From: Yuukianura sp. NJ FZ-2021
Lineage: Eukaryota
NCBI GenBank assembly: GCA_046563655.1
Contig: CM102290.1
Coordinates: 6,572,001-6,636,000 of the forward strand
Length of the DNA: 64,000 nt
Direction of reading: 5' to 3'
Position 1 is the stretch's first letter. Every line of letters starts with the position of its first letter. Made by a program: the position numbers and the translations under genes. Of the stretch, positions 55,886 through 64,000 are shown in pieces. The notes under the pieces are model-generated. The model worked only from the letters and a program-made list of their open reading frames with translations, was not told the DNA's origin and did not search any database.

Positions 55886-57136
55886 TAAAATAGAGCAAAA
55901 TTAAAAATAATATATTAAAACTACATTTGGTTTGAAAAAAAAGTGACGTACTACCTTCAACTTTGCAAAAAACTGTGGACAATTTGTAGGTTCAATTTCG
56001 AGAATTTGTATTTATTTCACTTCAAGTACCCTGCATGCAGGCCATTACACTTGAGTTTAAGTTAAAAAAAAAAGATGTGTACATTAGTTAATTAGTAGGT
56101 CAATGAGGACAAATATTGAAAAACATAAGTCAATTTAAAAAGAGTTACATTGGTAAAATTAAGATTGAACGTTAAAACTATTTCAGACAAAAGAATTACT
56201 TAGGGTAGAGTCAAGACAGGACATATTTGCTAGGTTTGAACTTTTTGTCGTCGTCAAGATTTGTAAATTCAGAAAATGTTTGTGTAGGGCATTCCGGAAG
56301 TGAGCAAATGGTTTGCCAATTCCAAGATCCTGAAGTTCAGTCGGTAGGGCGCAGATTATTTTTGCAATTGTAGGAATAAAGGCCTTTGAATGGAAACATT
56401 TGTCATTCACAGAAACGTAGGATCCGCTTCGTGTCGATTTTCTTTGTCTTAGGCAGTTTTCAATCTGTAAGATGGTCTCCTGGAAGTATGGAACTTGGTG
56501 AAACTTCAACTTGGCGAAAACTTGAACCAGTTCAAAAAGATTGAGATGAGTGGGAAGGAATTTCGCAGAAATTTGCAAATTTCTCAAGAATAGATTCGAA
56601 ACTTTTTGCACTTGCAAATTTTTCAAAAGCATCTATTCCCAAAGCAGACTGGCTGTCCATCCTGTCGGAAATTGAAAATTCAAAGAAGGAAGAGGTTGAA
56701 AAACTTTTTCCGAATCAAGAGTGAGAAAGAAAAGTGGCAGAACTGGGCCAAGTCTTGATTTGGAAATGAGCTATAAATAAAATTAGCGCAAAAACTTTTA
56801 CGTTTTTTGAAAATCTGCCAAAATGAAAACAGCATAAGCACAAAATTTTCAGGTTATGGTGGGTGCGCACTATACAAACAAACAGAAGAAATGCAGAACA
56901 GTTTTTATGAAAAAAAAATTTGCAAAACTGACTTCCTTTCATTCGAAATTTAACTTTGTGTTATCTTGTTTGGCACTTCAAAAAATTGCAAAATTACTAT
57001 AAAAGGAAACACATGAATTTGAAGATAATTTAATTGTTGCAATAGTTACATTAATTACTATAACCACTTGAATTATTATAATTCATTTAATTATATCAAG
57101 TAATTACATTAATTATCAACTTTATAATTACTTTAA

Positions 57137-57781
57137 TCACTTTTTTCCCCAGTTTCGCTTGGGAACTTTTTGCCACATTCCATATTGTGGCTTGGGTCTG
57201 ACTCCTGAGAGACTGCGGAGGAATTGCTCTGGAATTGGTGTTCTAGCGGTCGGTTCAAACCGGAAGTTGAGCACCGCCGCGGCGATTGCTACTTTTTCCT
57301 CGACCAATGCAAAGTGACTGACAGTACATGCGCGTTGACCAATCCCGAACGGGAGGTAGTGAGCTGGATGGCGATTGGCTCTTTCTTCGGCGGAAAATCG
57401 TTCCGGAATGAATCGGTTTGGCTCGGCATAGATGTCCGGATCATAGTGGATTGGCATCACAGGAATTATAATTCCGGTTCCCTTGACAATATTTAAGTCG
57501 GTTTTGGGCAGATTGTAGTCCATGGTACACCTTCTGGTTAACCGAAATGCTGGCGGGTACTTTCTCAAAGTTTCTGTAAAAAATATAATAATATATAATA
57601 TAATATAATATATAAAATCAAAGGTTACCTGACACCACCATATCCACATACGGTAGAGATGATAAGGTTTCATAATTCGGAGATTTTGCAACTCCGATTT
57701 CTGTCCAGCAGAATCCAACTCTTCAAATAATTTTTGCTGAACTTCAGGATTAACTGCCAGTTCGTACAAACAGAAATCCAG
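57137..57781 (-). pseudogene. Cytochrome P450 C-terminal fragment (CYP3-clan-like)
   Basis: YELAVNPEVQQKL, ETLRKYPP, PERF and heme motif FGIGQRAC; frameshift before the intron and no N-terminal half. Confidence 0.85.
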
Positions 57782-60700
57782 TAAAGCTTTGATACAACGA
57801 TTGTAATAGTTGGTTTAAAGACAGATTGCGTTTTGTTATATGAAGTCTCGATTTCTTCGCCTTGCTGAACCGTGACATGGGTCAAAAACTGTCCAATAGG
57901 AGATGCCAGTTCGTTCATAACCACTTCTTTTCTAATCCTGATTTTATCGTCATGCTGTTCATTCTCACAATTTGCACACTTGAAACAAATGAAAGCAATA
58001 ACAATTGTTATTCCGAACAACACGCCTTCCATTCTTAGTTTCAAAAAAGTTGATCTTGACTTCAACGTAGTTGAAAAAGGAATGGTAATTTTACCTGGAC
58101 TGGAGTTTATGATGTTTAAATGAATCAAAATGAGATGAAACGCTAGTGAACACAAACAAGCTCTATTCGTATTTTTGATAAAAATAGCTTAATCTCCTGC
58201 TTAGTCCTGCTCCTGACTCATTTCCGGGAAGGACCAAATTACTAGAACGTTTTTGAGAACTATGACTGTTGAAAAGTTTAATGGCTATTGTTGTTGTGAT
58301 GTGAAAGTAAAATGACACTTTTAGGGAAAAAATGTTCATCATTTTTCATTTAGTATTTTTCCTGTCTTTTAAAACAGCGCGCACATAATCCCGGCTTTTC
58401 GCAAATCTTCGTCGTTCAAGATGGTTTCCTCATCTTCCGCCTCAAGTTCTCCATTTAAAAAAAAACATGAAAATCTGAAAAAAATTCCCTCAATTCTTAC
58501 AATTAGTGTTTACTTCGCGCTCATTATCAAGCACATCGCAACTCCTTTCCGTCGTTTCGTAAAGCAACTCAATGAGGTTGTTCATGAAAATTCTTGTTTT
58601 ACATACATAAAACAAGAATTTTCATAGTTCCAATTCTGCAAAACAAAAATGTTATCAGTATCATAATCATTATGCTTTCATATTTCAAATTTCATAGCAT
58701 GGAATTGTGAAAACTTCATGATAGAAGAGAAATTTTTCTCCATTTCGCATTTTCAAAAGTGGCCATTTCCTGCGATGATTTTGAAAGTCAAGAAGTCTTG
58801 GCCTCTGCGTCTTTATCCTCTTAAATGCTGGACTAAAGTGGCTTTATTTGTAAGTGGATTGACATAGGTGACCCCGACTTCCGGACCTTACTGTAAAATA
58901 ATGTTTAGATTACGTACGATTTAGACTAACTTTAGCTTCATTTTGAAGATGAAGATGAGGGTTCAGGAACTCTCAAATAGGATTATGAGCTCAAAGTACG
59001 AAGTGTAGATGGACTAGATGTAGTTGCAGAGTGTAGATGGAGTTGATTTACTTAAGCAAATTAATCAAATAATTTCGCAGTAAAATTCTCAATTTCAAAA
59101 ATTTTATTTTAAATTCCATTTGAATACCTATGTTTTGAACAGAAACCATTTTTTTAAAGTTAGTTTCTTCTATTATTTTGTAGACATTTTGCCCATCAAA
59201 ACGTAAAATATTTTATGGGATGATGTATTGCCTAACTTTGTGCTTTTCAACCAGGAACTAATAATTGAAAATTGAAACAGCAAATTAGAATTTGATAAAT
59301 TTCATTTTCAAAATTTTACTGGATTGCCAAACCGGATACACATTTCCGATTTCCCTGCAAAATCTGGAGCTGACAATTTGATAGCCACCAATTTGATTTT
59401 CTTTTCCATGTTGTTGATCCATTTGGATGCTTGATCTTGCGGGTCAATGAGCAGAGGCCAACGTCAAGCATTGCTATGTCAACTGTTGCAAAAGACACTT
59501 TTAAAACTGGTGGTAATTAAATCAACTCGGCCAAGCCTGAATGATGTGTCTTCTTTACCTTTTGAAGTTGTCCATTGACTCCACATTATCCTGTAATCAC
59601 TTTAGCACAACTTCCTTGTCCTGGCTACCAGCAGCGGGTGGGGACAATGAAGCAGCGCGAAAATTTTAACGGGGGGGGGGGGGTGACAGGCGCGGCGCCA
59701 AAGTTTACTTCAACCGTTTGTGTAGAATTTGAACACGAGAAGATCACCGAATTTCGGGAAGTCAACATGAAATACGACAAAGAGAGTGTATTCAAATGTG
59801 CAAATTCTTCGTGACGCTTATTGAAGACAAGGGTCCGATGATCGTAGAACAATTGTTTCACCAAGTCCCAAGTCGGAGTTCAATTTGATGCTGGAGCTTT
59901 CGAAGGGATTTTCAAAAATCCGAATGAGTAAGAAATGAAATTTCGAAAACTCAAAATGTCAAACATTTTCACAATGTTTTCTTGATTATTTATAGCCTGG
60001 GAGTTTTACTTAAAATCCAGCCACAGTGCTTTCAGGTGATGATACTTATACCTTTTGACTTACTTTTATAATACTTATGCTGATTATGCTCTTATACCCC
60101 TGGAAACTCATTAATTCAATTTCAATTCCAGGTTCAGCACTCGAATCTGGTCACTTTATCAGCGACTTACTCAACGGAACTGGACATTCTGCATCGCCAA
60201 TGTGACAACGGACCGAAATTTAGAGTCCAGCCGGAAATGTCCAATACTTCCACGCCTGTTTCCGTATTATCAGGTCTCCGTCCTTTACTATAATTGCGCC
60301 AAACAATTTAGACCCGAACTTTTGGTTTGAGAGAAATACATCACAAACTCACACCTCTGTCAATTTTGCACCCATTCTTCTCGTCTCAACTCAGAAGTGA
60401 AGAATGAAATACTCAAAACAATAGCAAAACAACTTTCGTTTCCTTTTCGACAAATTCCTTGTTATCATTGTCAGACACTTCCGAAGTATTAAGATGGTTG
60501 CCAGCTTTCGCCAAAGTAATTATTATAGATTAATTATTCAGATTTTACCAATTACAACCGTCCCCATTCTCCTGTAGATTCTTCAGGTATTTATGGGGGT
60601 TCGGGATATACCTATCTTCGGGTATACTGATATATATGGTATACCGAGAAAGTAAAGAAAATCTCTCCCGCCAAAAATTCAAAACAATAACAGAAATAAC

Positions 60701-61999
60701 AACTATCTGGGTGAACTGGGGCGAAGTTTGAGATGTAGTTCTCTCAAACCAAAAGTTCGGGTCTAAATTGTTTGGCGCAACTATACATACTACATCTCCG
60801 CCCAATAATGCTAATAATAGGAACAGCAGTGCTCAGCAACAAGGTATAAGCCTAAAATTACAAGAACTTCCAAAATCGACATTTCTTGTGTAACGCCCAA
60901 AAAAATGTCCGTTATGGCACAGAATAGTCCAGTCAATCCGATGCAAACGCTTAGCCTACATACAAAAATTTTGAAGTATTTTCGGATTCCAAATCCCAAA
61001 ATTTCGTTTCTCAAAGTTGGCGACCCGAATCCCTGAGTCTGAAACTCTGTGTCTGAATCAAGTGGATCATGTGGGAGGAAGAAGTACAAGACTGGAAGGA
61101 GGACGAAACCACAGAATCGCTGCTGATACAAAACCGTTCGCAGTTTCAGCGTCGAAGGTAAAAATTCTGAAAGAAATCCTGGGGTAAAGGTAAAACGTAA
61201 TACCCAAAAATTGAGGTTACCACAACATTTTTTCTTGAACTTTTTTTGAAATTTTTTTTTTTGAAAATTCGTTTTTCGAAAATTTTTAATGTTTTTAGGC
61301 AGTGTTTCGATGTGTGGTCACTGAGTAGTGGTGTCAAACGCACAACGATGGCACAATTTTTGATGACGATTGACGGAGAGCATTGCAGTACTGCAGTTAC
61401 ACAAATACTGGCAAGTATTTTGCATGGAACAAATTTTGAAGAAGGTAGGCGAACAATTTACAAATCAAAATTAAAAAAAAAAATTTTTTTAATTATATTG
61501 AGAATTTTGAGTTTTTGAATTTTTGTAAAGGCGATCCAGAAGTTTTGGTGAATGGCATGAAAGAAACAATCGGGCAATTGAACACTGTTTCTCAAAATTC
61601 ATGATCGTGTTGTCAACCAAGTCAAAACACACTGGATTTCTGGACAAGATGGACTGGACAATGGCAATCCTGATTTCATTACACCGTATCTAATCAGGTG
61701 AAAAAAATTCCTAAAAATTTCAATGAATTTAAGTATACTCTGAACTCCTTGAGAGTTTTAATTAATTTCGATAATACGTGCGTAGAATTCGCAATTTTTA
61801 CTTCTGACAAGTGAAACTTATTGTGTTAATTTCAAAGTTTTAACTTGAATTTCTGGTAAGTTGTCATGAGGAGGAGGGTTTTGATTGTTCTCAAACAGGA
61901 GTCAAAGTATTCTGGTGAAATATTGGTACGTTCAACTCGAAAAATCTAAAAATTGTCTGGAGTCTCGGAGAATTTTTAACTTTTACTTTGTTTTTCAGC

Positions 62000-63890
62000 A
62001 GGAAATGGATCATCGTCAACTTTTTAGTAACGTGGACTTGTCTTCTGGACAAGGCGATCATGGAAGTTCTGAGGTCGAAGGTTACTCTGTCACAGGATCG
62101 TCTTCGCTTCTAGCTAGAAGTATTTTGCATGGTTCCATGGAGGATATCCATCAAAAAAGTTATGGAAACTAGCTGGTCAAGAAGTCACTAGCATCGTCTT
62201 CTTCTACTCCAGCATCGTCAGCGTCATCAGATCACTCCCTATCGTCAGATCAAGATACTATGACTCCATCCAAAGCCAAGGCCAAGATTTCTTTGACGAA
62301 GCCTGCGACTCTTAACAGAGGAGTTGGGACTGAAGTAGAAAATGGAGCGCTGTACAAGTACATTCAAGAGGAAAAACGAGCAGTACTTCTACGCAAGGTC
62401 ATTACAACGTTTCTGTGCGGGGACTTAGAAAGACTTCGCAGAAACTGAACGAAGCCGAAGAGCAGCGGAAGTTGAAAGAAGTTGAATGTGCTGCTCGAAT
62501 GATCCTGAACACTATATTGCTCAGTTCGTGGGGGCAGGATAAGCAACAACTCACAAAACTTCTACATGAAAATGCTCAACTAACAATTTCGATAATTTTT
62601 ATCAAAATTGTAGTTGTCAAAAAAAAATCTTCTGAAATTAATGTTGGCTTTATATTCCAGGTTGAAAATTTAACTCTGCAACTTCGAGCTCTTCGGCATT
62701 TACAAGGTCAGGAAAAGGATCGAGCCAATGAGAAAGTCACCGAAATTCGGAATTTGAAAACACAAGTGGCTAATGCTCAAAAGTCGCTCAAAAATTCTGA
62801 AAACGTGAGTTGCAAATCAACATTCAAAAACTTAGTTTAAATGCTCCGATCTTCCTTTATCTTCCAGGATTTGGCAAGTATTCAAGAAGAGTTACGCTAC
62901 TGCCGTGAAGACAATCAGAAACTGACTGAGCAGAAGACATTTTTACACAAGGAACTGGAAGAGCTGATTGCTGAAGAAAGTCGAATGGTCGAAACCGTTG
63001 AAACGGAACGAAGACGTGCCAGTCGAACGGAGGAGGAATGCCGAATAACTAAAGCTGAGGTACACTGATTCAGTTTTTGAAATGTTTTGCACTTTTCACC
63101 TTTGAAAGTGAAATTGAAAGCAAAATTAACATTTCCAACTTTTTTTTATTTGCAGTACACCGATTTACGAAAAGAAGTCAAAGACTTTAGTGCGCAGAGC
63201 TTCCAGTGGAGAGAGCGAAGCCGAACACTGGAAACCCAAGAAATTCAAATTCAAGAAAATCTTGACCTTAGAGAAACATCGCTGCGCCTTTTGGAATCTA
63301 ATTTCAAATTGCTTTTGAGTGAACGAGAGCAACTGGAACTGTAAGCTTGAGTTACATTTTTGGAAATTTTTTAAAATCAGAATTTCGATTTCGTATTACA
63401 GGAACAAGAAATCGCTTGAAGACGCCTGCAGTGATATGCAAGAACTCCTCAACGCGGAAGTATCAAAAAGTGAATCGCTGAAACTACAATGGCAGCTACC
63501 GAATCTCAAGAGGAAAAGTTAGCAGCGCTCGAGGAATCAGTGCTCATATTGCGGTGAATAATTGATTGTTGTTGACCTTCCAAATTTAAAAAATTTTAAT
63601 TTTTCAAAACTAATTAATCATTTTTTCTGTTTTTTGTTTTTAGCAACGAAAATCAGAAGACAATGAAAGAACTCTACTGGCACAAACTTCGCAATGTTCG
63701 TAGTCGTCGAGGTAAGAATCTTTACTTTACAACAATTTCGTTCGTATTTTTGACAAAACGATGACAAAATTTTGTTTTACATTTTAGCATGGGTCAATGC
63801 GGTAGAAAGTTTTAGCAGTCCTACGTGGTTGATCAAGTATTTACTATTTGGTGGAGAAACATCGAACGAAACTCAAGAGGTAGAAAAATG
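62000..63890 (+). CDS. Multi-exon coiled-coil protein gene or fragment
   Basis: Series of short GT-AG-bounded exons encoding Glu/Lys/Leu heptad-rich sequence after a Ser-rich N-terminus; possible frameshifts. Confidence 0.55.
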
Positions 63891-64000
63891 AACAAATCTT
63901 TAGACAAACGATCTGTGAGTATTGGATTAAAACAATTTCAATTCAAGTGTTAACTTTCTGCAAGTCTTCTCAAATTTTCAAAAAGGTTAGGTTACGCTAA

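Overview
Eukaryotic, probably arthropod, genomic DNA (short AT-rich GT-AG introns, TTAGG repeats, Syt7, dumpy-like and MICAL fragments) dominated by mobile elements. (1) A complete 17.9-kb Maverick/Polinton (adintovirus-type endogenous virus) lies at 3150-21038. It has 101-bp TIRs and a CATGTC target duplication, and encodes pPolB, packaging ATPase, rve integrase, penton, major capsid (one in-frame stop) and adenain protease. It also carries three spliced ubiquitin-system genes (IAP, F-box/LRR, RING-H2/coiled-coil/AT-hook). It appears to be nested in the terminus of another Maverick-like element, next to a decayed BEL/Pao retrotransposon. (2) A second Polinton-like element at 38467-48926 (77-bp AGTAGT TIRs, GTGTC duplication, about 8.6 kb without a secondary insertion) is the most unusual feature. 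It encodes a pPolB with three spliceosomal introns, a zinc-finger-fused packaging ATPase, a zinc-finger acidic protein and two orphan paralogs, but no integrase, capsid or protease, so it is a candidate helper-dependent Polinton satellite. Its two zinc-finger genes diverge from a promoter made of (GAG)n and (CAC)n arrays, the triplets their recognition helices are predicted to read. (3) The remainder is a patchwork of truncated host gene fragments and MITEs. All calls come from manual reading of the sequence; no database search was run.
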